In this document: in pieces, positions 8,415 to 17,437 of the stretch | Layout: each line of letters opens with the position of its first letter | Position numbering within the stretch: position 1 is the stretch's first letter | NCBI GenBank assembly: GCA_965217185.1 | Contig: OZ244252.1 | Span: 3,104,001-3,168,000 of the forward strand | Reading direction: 5' to 3' | DNA from: an uncultured Candidatus Entotheonella sp. | Lineage (GTDB): Bacteria > Tectomicrobia > Entotheonellia > Entotheonellales > Entotheonellaceae | Length of the DNA: 64,000 nucleotides | Notes under the pieces: generated by a model | Databases searched by the model: none | What the model saw: the letters and a program-made list of their open reading frames with translations, nothing else | Told to the model about the DNA's origin: nothing | Program-made: the position numbers and the translations under genes

Positions 8415-9910
8415 GAGCCACTTGCAAAACTCCGCTAGTTTGGCCTCGGAGCGGTTGTCATGAGACCGTACGGTGAATCATTTGCCGTCGGTGGTTCCAA
8501 TTGCCACGAATTCAGCCATGGCGGTGCCGAGTTCCGGCTCCCGTCTTGCGATGCGGACGCAACTCTCCCCCCTGCGTACAGGACAGCAGCGCGTGCCGGG
8601 ATGGAGGAAACGGGGCCGCGAGACCAGCTTCAGGTCACCAAGCGCATCAACTGATCAACCGTGAGCGCCACAATCCCGAACATCAGATGACACAGCACCT
8701 TGGCATGGCCGCGCACGCGCACGCTGCGACCTCCGAATTCATCCTTGAGGCGACCATTGACGCGCTCGACGGTCGAGCGTTCGTGGTAACGTCTCTCCTC
8801 AGACAGGACCAACCCACAGGCACGCCGTGCCTGCCTCTCCTGCCGCAGCGCCTGCTTGCGCGCGCCGCTGCGGGGGTTGACGTCGATGATCGCAACATGA
8901 CCCAGGGCGCGGCTGTGGGCGCGGATTTCCGGGGCATCGTAGGCGCTGTCCATCAGGTCATACAGGTTGCGGACTCGCTCCGCCGTCAGGGTCGCCAGCG
9001 GGATGGCGACTTGGCTGTCGTGCAGCGACGCCGAGGTAAGCAGGCAACTGACCGGGATGGCGCCGTCGGCCGCGTCAATATGCAACTTGTAGCCGCTCCA
9101 TGACGTCTGATAGCCCTTGGCGTCGCGCTTGACGCCAATGTCACAGGCGTACGGCAAGTCGGCGAGCATCTCCGGCAGGGTCATGTTGCGCTGGCGCTCC
9201 AGACGGCGCGGCTCCGTGGGGCGCTCCTCGCCCTTGCGCGGACGCCCGCGCCGCCGCTTCGGCTTGGCCGGCTGCGACGCCTTCGGGGTCGGTCTCTCGC
9301 GCCCTTCAATCGCCGTCGAATCGCGTGAAATATGGCCTGCCAGACGCTCACCCTGGGTGCGTTTGATCAGCGCCTCGTGCAGGTGGCTCGGCAAGGCGCT
9401 GTCGGCAAATTCGGCAAAGGCACGTGAAAACGTCGCCTCGCTCGGAATGTGCTTGACGCTACGCCAGCCGCACAACCGGCGCAGGGTGCTGTCGTGGCGC
9501 AGACGATCAAGCAACATCCGGGTGCTAACCAGCGCGAAGACGGCCTTGGCGATGAAGGCGCGGGCTAAGGCCGCGCGGTCGCTTGGCGGACAGCCGCGAC
9601 GCCGGTGCTGGTACGGCAGCAGCGTTTCCACCCGCACCCATTCGAGCACCATGACGAAGCGCTGATGGCGTTCCCCCAGCGCCCCGATCGTTTCCTCAAG
9701 CTGCGGGAACAGCAGCGCTTGAAAGCAAGACCAGTAACTCGATAGTATCTCACGTAAGGCCATTGGGGTCGTTCCTCCTGATTCGGTTGTTTGACAACTC
9801 AACAGAATCAGAAAGCGGCCCCAATGTCCACCAATCAGCCCCAGAGCCTGCCCCGCGCTTGACACGGAGAAAGAAAATCCCACTCGTACACGCAATTCTG
9901 CAAGTGGCTC
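8415..9910 (-). mobile_element. 1496-bp DDE insertion sequence (IS5/IS1182-like), copy 1
   Basis: IRs GAGCCACTTGCA...TGCAAGTGGCTC; near-identical inverted copy at 17438-18933. Confidence 0.9.
8630..9763 (-). CDS. DDE transposase
   Basis: DSTAIE, GYKLH, MDSAYD and ERVNGRLKDEFG motifs. Confidence 0.9.
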   Translation of the reverse strand: MALREILSSYWSCFQALLFPQLEETIGALGERHQRFVMVLEWVRVETLLPYQHRRRGCPPSDRAALARAFIAKAVFALVSTRMLLDRLRHDSTLRRLCGWRSVKHIPSEATFSRAFAEFADSALPSHLHEALIKRTQGERLAGHISRDSTAIEGRERPTPKASQPAKPKRRRGRPRKGEERPTEPRRLERQRNMTLPEMLADLPYACDIGVKRDAKGYQTSWSGYKLHIDAADGAIPVSCLLTSASLHDSQVAIPLATLTAERVRNLYDLMDSAYDAPEIRAHSRALGHVAIIDVNPRSGARKQALRQERQARRACGLVLSEERRYHERSTVERVNGRLKDEFGGRSVRVRGHAKVLCHLMFGIVALTVDQLMRLVT

Positions 9911-10281
9911 ATATGGGTATAATAATGGAATTCTATATCAGGCTCGTCGTTCCTATTTGTTTACTCGCTCTCGTTCAAACCCGTGTCCAGCGCCTCATTA
10001 TGAGGTACTTTAGTAATTTTCAATATGTGTTTTTTCTTTTGATATTTTTTGTTTTGTTCTTATCGAGTCTATACATAAGTGCACGCATACGCGTTGCAGA
10101 TATAAAGAAAGGGAACTCTGGAACAAATTTTGAAATTGAAACAGGGTCCCAAAATTTTACTCATGAGAATTCAACGTTTATTGGTGCAAACACGCGCTAT
10201 ATCTTTGTCCGTATTCAAAATGGCAGCGTAGAGATTATCCCCATAGGGAAGGCAGAGAGGATAGAAATTTCAGCACGATAA
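9911..10281 (+). pseudogene. AT-rich membrane protein fragment, truncated by an IS
   Basis: Open frame from the IS end with two TM-like stretches; very low GC. Confidence 0.45.
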
Positions 10282-10548
10282 ATGAAAACAACCGTGGCGA
10301 TACAGGTAGACGTTACGGGCGTCTGGAGTGGTGAGGTTGGTGGGGACGCGGCAGGAATGGAATCGGGTCGGAAAGCGCGGATCTGAATGATCCCAGCCGG
10401 CAGATAGAAACGGCCTCCGAAGCCGGCCTGATGTGGGAACAATTCAGGGAGGGTACCTTCGACCTTTTTCAAGACATCCCCCGTTCTCCCGGAGATGCCC
10501 ACAAATGTGATGTTCAAAGCTAATACATGGCATCCAGGGGAGATCGAT

Positions 10549-10917
10549 TCATGTGGGAGTTGCCGCTCGGCTGAGCGTCTTGTAGACGGTGGGTCTCGAA
10601 ACAGCGAAGACCTCGGCCAGGTCGCCTATGGAATAGTCGCCGGTGGCGTGCATGCGGCAGAGTTCCCGCTGCTGCTTTTCGGAGAGCTTGGGCTGTTTGC
10701 CGCGCAACTTGCCCTTGCCCCGGGCGATGGCCATCCCTTCACGCGTCCGCATCCGAATGAGATCGGCCTCGAACTCGGCAAAGGTGGCTAGGATATTGAA
10801 GAATATCTTGCCCATCGGGTCGCTGGGGTCATGGATGTTTCGGCCCAGGGCGAGCTTCATCCCCTTGGCCTGCAGTTGATCAGCAATGTGCCGGGCATCG
10901 GGAACCGACCTCGCTAG
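10549..10917 (-). pseudogene. Serine resolvase, C-terminal half
   Basis: LARSV...FAEFEADLIRMRTREG...GKLRGKQP plus HTH (VSRPTVY); starts at a CTAG next to IS701. Confidence 0.85.
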
Positions 10918-12422
10918 TACTACAGTTGTAGCTTGGATGTTATCATGGTCTTTTTCCTGATTCCAAAGCGGAGGAGCCATGATGGCAACGCAACGTTTCG
11001 ACCCGACCGCCACCGAGGCTGAGTTGACGACTGTCACGGGCTGGCAAGCCTATCTCCATGAGGTGGCACAGTACCTGCGGCCCTCCTTTGCCCGGCGGCA
11101 ATCGTGGCAACGCGCCGTGGCCTATATTGAAGGTCTTCTCAGTAGCACGGAACGTAAGAACGCCTGGCAACTGGCAGAAGTCAACGGCGACGCCACGCCC
11201 TACGGCATCCAGCACCTGCTTGGACGCGCTTCGTGGCAGCCCGACCAACTCCGGGACGCCCTGTATGCCTACGTGGTGGCGCACCTCGGCGACCCCGACG
11301 CCGTGCTGGTGGTGGATGAGACGGGATTTTTGAAAAAAGGCGACCAGTCCGCCGGGGTAGCCAGGCAGTACAGCGGCACGGCAGGGAAAGTTGAGAACTG
11401 CCAGATAGGGGTGTTTTTGGCCTACGCCAGCCGCCTGGGCCAGACCCTTATGGATCGCGCCTTATACCTGCCGGCGTCGTGGACAAAGGACGCTGGGCGG
11501 CGCCAGCGGGCGGGCATTGCTGCGCAGACAGGCTTTGCCACCAAGCCTGAGTTGGCCCAAGCGATGCTGGGGCGTGCCTTTGCTTCGGGGGTGCCTGCGT
11601 CGTGGGTGGTGGGCGACAGTGTCTACGGCGACGCGCGTCGCTTGCGTTGGTGGTTGGAAGGTCAGGAAAAGGCGTATGTGTTGTCGGTGTCGGGCAAGGA
11701 ACGTGTCGAGTTGGAGGGGGGTCGTCAGGGCTCGGTGCAGTCGGTGCTGGCGGGGCTTGCTGAGGGTGCATGGCAACGGCTGAGCGCGGGTTTGGGCAGC
11801 AAGGGTCCGAGGCTTTACGATTGGCAGTGTGTGCGGCTGTCGGCGCCGGTGGTGGCGGCGGGCTGGTGCCGCTGCTTGCTGGTGCGGCGCAGCCTGAGAG
11901 CAGAGCGCAAGTTGACGCCCTATAGGGTGTACGCGCGGTGCGGGACGGACATGGCGACGCTGGTATCGGTGGCGGGCCGACGCTGGTGCATCGAGACGTG
12001 TTTTGAGTCGGCTAAGAATGACGTGGGTCTCGATGAGTACGAAGTTCGTAGTTGGACGGGCTGGTACCGTCACGTCACCTTGTCGATGTGGTCGTTGGCG
12101 TTGTTGAGTGCGGTGCGTGCGGCGGACGTGGTGGTGGTGGAAAAAAAACGCGCGTCGCTGAGCAGTCTGTTGGGCTTCAAAGCGTCGCGGGGCTTGGTGT
12201 GGTCGCCGCGTCAGGCGCGGGTCAGGCCGTTGGTTCGGTCGAGGGTCAGGTTCTGAGTGTGGCGGAGATACGACGTTTGCTCTGGCGTTTGGTGGTGCTG
12301 GTGTGGCATGGGGTCGGACACGTGTTGGCTTGGTGCAGGTGGCGGCGGCGCCATCAATGGCTAGCCCGGTGTTGTCATTACCAGCGACGCCAGACTCATG
12401 ATATGGAATTACAACTGTAGTA
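10918..12422 (+). mobile_element. IS701-family element A
   Basis: IRs TACTACAGTTG/CAACTGTAGTA flanked by CTAG and CTAA. Confidence 0.9.
10979..12256 (+). CDS. IS701-family transposase
   Basis: DETGFLKKG, VARQYSGTAGKVENCQ, DSVYG and RWCIETCFE motifs. Confidence 0.92.
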   Translation: MMATQRFDPTATEAELTTVTGWQAYLHEVAQYLRPSFARRQSWQRAVAYIEGLLSSTERKNAWQLAEVNGDATPYGIQHLLGRASWQPDQLRDALYAYVVAHLGDPDAVLVVDETGFLKKGDQSAGVARQYSGTAGKVENCQIGVFLAYASRLGQTLMDRALYLPASWTKDAGRRQRAGIAAQTGFATKPELAQAMLGRAFASGVPASWVVGDSVYGDARRLRWWLEGQEKAYVLSVSGKERVELEGGRQGSVQSVLAGLAEGAWQRLSAGLGSKGPRLYDWQCVRLSAPVVAAGWCRCLLVRRSLRAERKLTPYRVYARCGTDMATLVSVAGRRWCIETCFESAKNDVGLDEYEVRSWTGWYRHVTLSMWSLALLSAVRAADVVVVEKKRASLSSLLGFKASRGLVWSPRQARVRPLVRSRVRF

Positions 12423-12498
12423 CTAAGGGAAGCATCAAAAGGTGTCGCGCAATCAGACAGCGCCCGGCTCAGCAATCTGACTCGCTTTCGTTTCCTCT

Positions 12499-12526
12499 AC
12501 TTCCGATAAGCGGCATTCTGTTAACT
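12499..12526 (+). other. dif-like XerC/XerD site 4
   Basis: ACTTCCGATAA-GCGGCA-TTCTGTTAACT; left arm identical to site 2; right arm 9/11 to the XerD arm. Confidence 0.7.
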
Positions 12527-12542
12527 TTGCCCTTGCTGCCGA

Positions 12543-12830
12543 TCAGGCAAGCCTTGAACGGTCACCACGCTGATCCCAGACACGTAATACTTCGATTCGG
12601 TCATCAACGACTCGGTAGATGAAAGAGAACGGCGTGCACGGGATCGAGAATTCTCGCACACCCTCCATCTCTTCGACTGGACGGCCCACCAGCGGATTTT
12701 CACGGATAACGCCGCAGGTCCTGCCATACTGGGCGGCAGCGCGCTTCGCGCCATCCGGGAAGATGTGAGCGTAGTAGGTGCGCATCCACAGCAAATCCGA
12801 AACTGTGGACGGCAAGAAGACAAGCTTCAT
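12543..12830 (-). CDS. RelE/ParE-family toxin
   Basis: 95 aa; NPLVGRP...REF...FIYRV...IEVLRVWD. Confidence 0.85.
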   Translation of the reverse strand: MKLVFLPSTVSDLLWMRTYYAHIFPDGAKRAAAQYGRTCGVIRENPLVGRPVEEMEGVREFSIPCTPFSFIYRVVDDRIEVLRVWDQRGDRSRLA

Positions 12831-12833
12831 CGG

Positions 12834-13118
12834 TCACTGCGAAGCGATTCGAACATCGGGTTCGGGCGGCGGAAATTCCGAGTCCTCGCCCCAGGAAGAA
12901 ACCCAGGCGTCCATCGCCTCCTGTGAGATGAAGGCACCCCCGTCGGCTTCCGAGACAGCCGCGCGGATCGCGGCTCGTTTCTCGGCCCGGTCGCGCAGCA
13001 TGGCCTCGATCGCCTTGACGGCAAGGTAGGATGCAGAACGCTCATCGCGCCTTGCTTCCTGTTCAAGGTTCTTCTTGAGATTGGCGTCGATTCGTAAGCT
13101 CAATCGTTCTGTCGTCAT
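12834..13118 (-). CDS. RHH/CopG-type antitoxin
   Basis: LSLRID...ERSASYL...EADGGAFISQEAMDAWVSSWG; directly upstream of the ParE gene. Confidence 0.8.
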   Translation of the reverse strand: MTTERLSLRIDANLKKNLEQEARRDERSASYLAVKAIEAMLRDRAEKRAAIRAAVSEADGGAFISQEAMDAWVSSWGEDSEFPPPEPDVRIASQ

Positions 13119-13233
13119 GCGGCAAGTCCTCTGTATGGGTCGGCGGTTGTCGGACATGGTATGACAGTTGAATGGGTTTGTCGAATCCGGGTCTATCTGT
13201 GGATACGACGAATCCGTGTGTATATAATTGCGC

Positions 13234-13416
13234 ATGGAACGAAACAGCAGGGCGATCGTCAAACGCCTTCTGGCTGAAGGCTTCGAACTTGTGAAAGTGT
13301 CGGGATCGCACCACAAATTCCGCAAGGGGCCGATCACGGTGATCGTGCCGCACCCGAAGAAAGATCTTCCAGTGGGAACGGCCCGTGCCATCGCCAAGTT
13401 GGCCGGCTGGATGTGA
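13234..13416 (+). CDS. hicA: HicA toxin
   Basis: GSHHKF...VIVPHPKKDLPVGT. Confidence 0.92.
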   Translation: MERNSRAIVKRLLAEGFELVKVSGSHHKFRKGPITVIVPHPKKDLPVGTARAIAKLAGWM

Positions 13417-13428
13417 GGAGCGCGGACC

Positions 13429-13818
13429 ATGCATTATGTTGCCGTGATCGACAAGGATGCCAACAGCGCCTACGGGGTCCGTTTCCCCGACCTGCCCGGC
13501 TGCTTCTCGGCAGCCGACACGTTCGATGAGATCGTCCCGAACGCGATCGAGGCACTGGCCCTTTTTTTCGAGGACAGAGAGATCGTCCCGGCCCGTGGCA
13601 TCGAGGCGGTCCGCGGGGAAGTAGCCGAGGACCTCGCCGCCGGCGCGGTTCTGATGATGATCCCTTACATTTCTGACCGCCGCCGGGCCGTGCGGGTCAA
13701 TCTGAGCCTTGACAAGGGGCTTCTCGACACGCTGGACGAGGCGGCGCGGGCACGTGGCATGACACGCTCCGCCTTTGTTGCGAAAGCCGCAACAAGGGAA
13801 ATTTGCGATCCTGGCTGA
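13429..13818 (+). CDS. hicB: HicB antitoxin
   Basis: YGVRFPDLPGCFSA plus C-terminal RHH (RVNLSL...TRSAF). Confidence 0.92.
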   Translation: MHYVAVIDKDANSAYGVRFPDLPGCFSAADTFDEIVPNAIEALALFFEDREIVPARGIEAVRGEVAEDLAAGAVLMMIPYISDRRRAVRVNLSLDKGLLDTLDEAARARGMTRSAFVAKAATREICDPG

Positions 13819-13995
13819 TTATGGCTCGAAAGCGACACCATACTCTTTGACCATGGCGGTTGGCATACCCGAGGCTTAACGCCTCAGACTCGTGTTGAAG
13901 ATGGAAAGGTGATGTTTCAAGGCTGATCCAAACCCCGGATCGCCAACCGTTGCAAAGACGGTCCTCTCCTCGAAGTCATTTACTACCTCTCGCCG

Positions 13996-14142
13996 GTGTC
14001 CGTATAAGGCCCCTCTCTTGCAAATTTAGCCGTACCATGTAAATGATACACACATCAGGGCCATTTTACGGCACTTCGATGCGGCGACACGATGTTACGA
14101 TGAACCCACCTCCTACGGACACTCCAGCCCATGACAGCAACC
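13996..14142 (+). promoter_or_regulatory. Putative res-site region with a degenerate copy of the resolvase start
   Basis: GTGTCCGTA (13996) and its inverse TACGGACAC (14114); TACGGACAC-8 nt-ATGACAGCAACC recurs at 14979-15007. Confidence 0.45.
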
Positions 14143-14231
14143 TTCACTCGCTTTCGAGCCGACTGCTCCGCTCTTGATTGATCCGTCTCATTGTGCCACC
14201 ATTTTGGTATCAAATGAAAGGAGGTAAGGCG

Positions 14232-14489
14232 ATGGCGGCAATCAATGTGCGGCAACTCGACGACAACGTGGTCAAGCGTCTAAAGCGTCGTGCTTCGCTC
14301 AACAACCGATCCCTGGAAAGCGAGGTGCGCCATATCCTCGAACGTGCCGCCGAGGACGACATGGCGGCCAAGCGGGCTTCATTCCTGGCGGTGTCGGATC
14401 GGCTGAGGCAGAAGACCGAGGGACGCGCCCATACGCCGGCGGAGGTGCTGATCCGTGAGGATCGCGACCACGGACATCGCGAGTTATGA
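14232..14489 (+). CDS. FitA/Arc-like RHH antitoxin
   Basis: INVRQLDD...LKRRA...RSLESEVRHIL...LIREDRD. Confidence 0.85.
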   Translation: MAAINVRQLDDNVVKRLKRRASLNNRSLESEVRHILERAAEDDMAAKRASFLAVSDRLRQKTEGRAHTPAEVLIREDRDHGHREL

Positions 14490-14920
14490 TGCATCTCGTC
14501 GTCGATGCTAGCGTGGCGGTCAAATGGCTGATCGCGGAAGACAATTCGGACATAGCCCGTGAAATGGCTGCCAGGGGCGAGGACCTGCATGCACCGCGCC
14601 TGATGGCCTCCGAGATTGCCAATGCGCTGTGGCGCAAAGCACGGCTGGGCGAGATCGAGCGCGGCGACGCGGGCGCCATGCTGGCATCGGTACCAGGGAT
14701 GCCGGTACGATGGGGCGCCGACGAGACGGTCTGCGCCGATGCGGTTCGTCTCGCTCTGGCACTCGACCGGCCGGTCTACGATTGCGTCTATCTTGCGCTC
14801 GCACACCAAATCGGCGCGATCGTGGTCACTGCGGACCTTCGATTCGTGAATGCGCTGGCGTCCACCGAACATGGCGAGGCAATCATGACCTTAGCCGACT
14901 ATGCAGCGACGCGATGGTGA
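14486..14920 (+). CDS. vapC: PIN-domain VapC-type toxin
   Basis: VVDASVAVKW, EIANALW, YDCVYLALA, VTAD. Confidence 0.9.
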   Translation: MMHLVVDASVAVKWLIAEDNSDIAREMAARGEDLHAPRLMASEIANALWRKARLGEIERGDAGAMLASVPGMPVRWGADETVCADAVRLALALDRPVYDCVYLALAHQIGAIVVTADLRFVNALASTEHGEAIMTLADYAATRW

Positions 14921-14995
14921 GAATTTTTCCGTCGCACGTGTCTGTCCTTGTCGCATCAGCATCAGATGACCTACCTCTTACGGACACCCCAGCAG

Positions 14996-15212
14996 ATGAC
15001 AGCAACCCTGATCGGCTACGCCCGTTGTTCCACGGACAAGCAGGACCTGACGGCGCAGAGGCAGGCACTCGCCGAACTCGGCGTTGCACCGAATCGCATC
15101 TACATGGACAAGGGTCTGACCGGCACCAACCGCGCCCGGCCCGGCCTGGATCAGGCCATGGCCGCGGTGCGTAAGGGTGACACCTTGGTGGTGCCGAAGC
15201 TGGACCGCCTAG
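14996..15212 (+). pseudogene. Serine resolvase, N-terminal half
   Basis: GYARCST...RPGL...GDTLVVPKLDRL; ends at a CTAG next to IS701. Confidence 0.88.
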
Positions 15213-16686
15213 TACTACAGTTGCGGTTTAGCTGTTATCATGGTCTTTTCCCTGAACGCAAAGCGAAGGAGAGCCATGATGTCAAGCCAGCCGTTCAACT
15301 CGCTCGCAACCGAGGCCGACCCCATGTCAAGCACGGGGCAGGCTATGACGACTGTCACGGGCTGGCAAGCCTGTCTCCATGAGGTGGCCCAGTGCCTGCG
15401 TCCCTCCTTTGGCCGTCGGGAATCGTGGCAACGCGCCGTGGCCTATATCGAAGGACTGCTCAGCACCACAGAACGTAAAAACGCCTGGCAGTTGGCGGAA
15501 ATCAACGGCGATGCTACGCCCTATGGCATCCAGCACTTGCTCGGACGGGCTTCGTGGCAGGCCGACGACCTGCGAGACGCCCTGTGTGCCTACGTCGTGG
15601 CACACCTGGGCGACCCCGACGCGGTGCTGGTGGTCGATGAGACGGGATTCTTGAAAAAAGGCGACCGCTCCGCCGGGGTGGCCAGGCAGTACAGCGGCAC
15701 GGCCGGCAAAGTCGAAAACTGTCAGATTGGCGTGTTTGTGGGCTACGCCAGTCGCCTGGGTCAGACCTTGCTGGACCGTGCCTTATACCTGCCCGCGTCG
15801 TGGACGGAGGATGCGGCGCGCTGCCAGCGGGCGGGCATTGCTCCAGAGGCAGAGTTTGCCACCAAACCTGAGTTAGCCCGGACGATGCTTGAGCGCGCCT
15901 TTGCTTCGGGGGTGCCTGCCTCGTGGGTGGTGGGCGACAGCGTTTACGGCGACGCGCGTCGCTTGCGTCTGTGGTTGGAAGGGCAGGCAAAGGCGTATGT
16001 GTTGGCGGTGTCTGGCAAGGAACGTGTCTGGTTTGAGGGTCGTCCGTGTTCGGTGCAGTCGGTGCTTGCGGGGCTTGACGAGGGGGCTTGGCAGCGACTG
16101 AGTGCCGGTTCGGGGAGCAAGGGGCCGAGGTTCTATGACTGGCAGTGTGTGGGGTTGACGGCGGCGCAGGCGGGTTGGCGCCGCTGTTTGCTGGTGCGTC
16201 GCAGCCTGAAAGCGGACGGGAAGTTGACGGCCTATGCGGTGTATGCGCCGTGCGGCACGGACTTGGCGACGCTGGTGTCGGTGGCGGGTCGGCGTTGGTG
16301 TATTGAGATGTGTTTTGAGGCGGCCAAGGGTGAAGTGGGACTAGATGAGTATGAGGTTCGCAGTTGGACGGGGTGGTATCGTCACGTCACCTTGTCGATG
16401 TGGGCGTTGGCGTTGCTGAGTGCCGTGCGGGCCGCCCACTTGCAGGTGGTGGAAAAAAAACGCTCGTCGGTGAGCAGTCTGTTGGGCTTCAAAGCGTCGC
16501 GGGGCCTGGTGTCGTGTTGAGTGTGGCGGAGATACGGCGTTTGTTTTGGCGTTTAGTGCTGAGGGTGTGGCACGGCGTGGAGCAGGTGTTGGGATGGAGC
16601 AAATGGCGCCGTCGGCATCAATGGGTAGCGCGATGGTGTCATTACCGACGGCGCCAGAATCGTAACGTGGAATTGCAACTGTAGTA
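15213..16686 (+). mobile_element. IS701-family element B
   Basis: Same IRs as element A, CTAG on both flanks; diverged paralogue of A. Confidence 0.9.
15276..16520 (+). CDS. IS701-family transposase
   Basis: Same motifs as copy A. Confidence 0.92.
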   Translation: MMSSQPFNSLATEADPMSSTGQAMTTVTGWQACLHEVAQCLRPSFGRRESWQRAVAYIEGLLSTTERKNAWQLAEINGDATPYGIQHLLGRASWQADDLRDALCAYVVAHLGDPDAVLVVDETGFLKKGDRSAGVARQYSGTAGKVENCQIGVFVGYASRLGQTLLDRALYLPASWTEDAARCQRAGIAPEAEFATKPELARTMLERAFASGVPASWVVGDSVYGDARRLRLWLEGQAKAYVLAVSGKERVWFEGRPCSVQSVLAGLDEGAWQRLSAGSGSKGPRFYDWQCVGLTAAQAGWRRCLLVRRSLKADGKLTAYAVYAPCGTDLATLVSVAGRRWCIEMCFEAAKGEVGLDEYEVRSWTGWYRHVTLSMWALALLSAVRAAHLQVVEKKRSSVSSLLGFKASRGLVSC

Positions 16687-17412
16687 CTAGACCGAGCCAT
16701 TGAGTTCGACGATTCCGAGTTCGTTGAATACGATGCCGAAATCGAGGGTTGCGTGCGGTTCGCACCAGGGGTGGTGTGGGCACACGCCTGCTGCTCGCAG
16801 GGACGTCAAATAGCTGTTCTTCCGCTGTCGCTCGGAGGAGTACCGCGTGGGCGGGTGCCTGTAACGGTGGCTGGCGATACTGTCAAAATCGCCTTCGTAG
16901 CCGAAGAATCCCAGCATGTTGAGTTTTTTCGGTCTGTCATCGCGCTGGAGAACGCGAATGAGAAGATGTTCGAGCGTGTCGCGCCTTCGGCCTTTCCTGC
17001 GCTCGAGTGGGCCGACAACGTCTGGCAAGGACTTGGAGACTTCAGTCGCCGGTACATTGACGTTCGGGACGAACTAACCCGCCATTTGGGTGGCCTTAGT
17101 GATTATGGGGCGGCGTGCTTCTACGAACATGGCGCCGGCGACCCGCGTGAATTGTCGCGTTTCCTATCGGCTCGGCTCCATTCCGTAACCTCGGATGAGA
17201 ATGGCGTGACGAAGAGGCATCCACGGTCTAGTAGAGATCGTACCCGGCGTCATCGCGGAACCAACAAAGTGTTCTGGTGGCACGTGAAGCTACTTCCCCA
17301 TGTGGACAGGATTTACTTCCTGTATGAACCCCCGCCGGCCGGTGCGCCTCTACCTGAGCATGGCCGTATCGTCGTGGGCCTCTTTAAGGACCACTGCTTC
17401 GTGCCGAAATGA
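16687..17412 (+). pseudogene. Hypothetical protein, 5' end truncated by IS701
   Basis: Frame open from the CTAG junction (LDRAIEFDDSEF...); C-terminus WHVKL...RIYF...IVVG..DH. Confidence 0.5.
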
Positions 17413-17437
17413 TCGAAGATTATATCTACTCTCTTCT

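Noticed and set aside
1117..12526. Integron attC array
   Set aside because: The repeats are 28-29 bp with dif-like arms, not longer RYYYAAC...GTTRRRY palindromes, and no IntI-type integrase is present.
13997..14025. Fifth dif-like site (TGTCCGTATAA-GGCCCC...)
   Set aside because: There is no XerD-like arm after the spacer; the sequence fits better as part of a res site.
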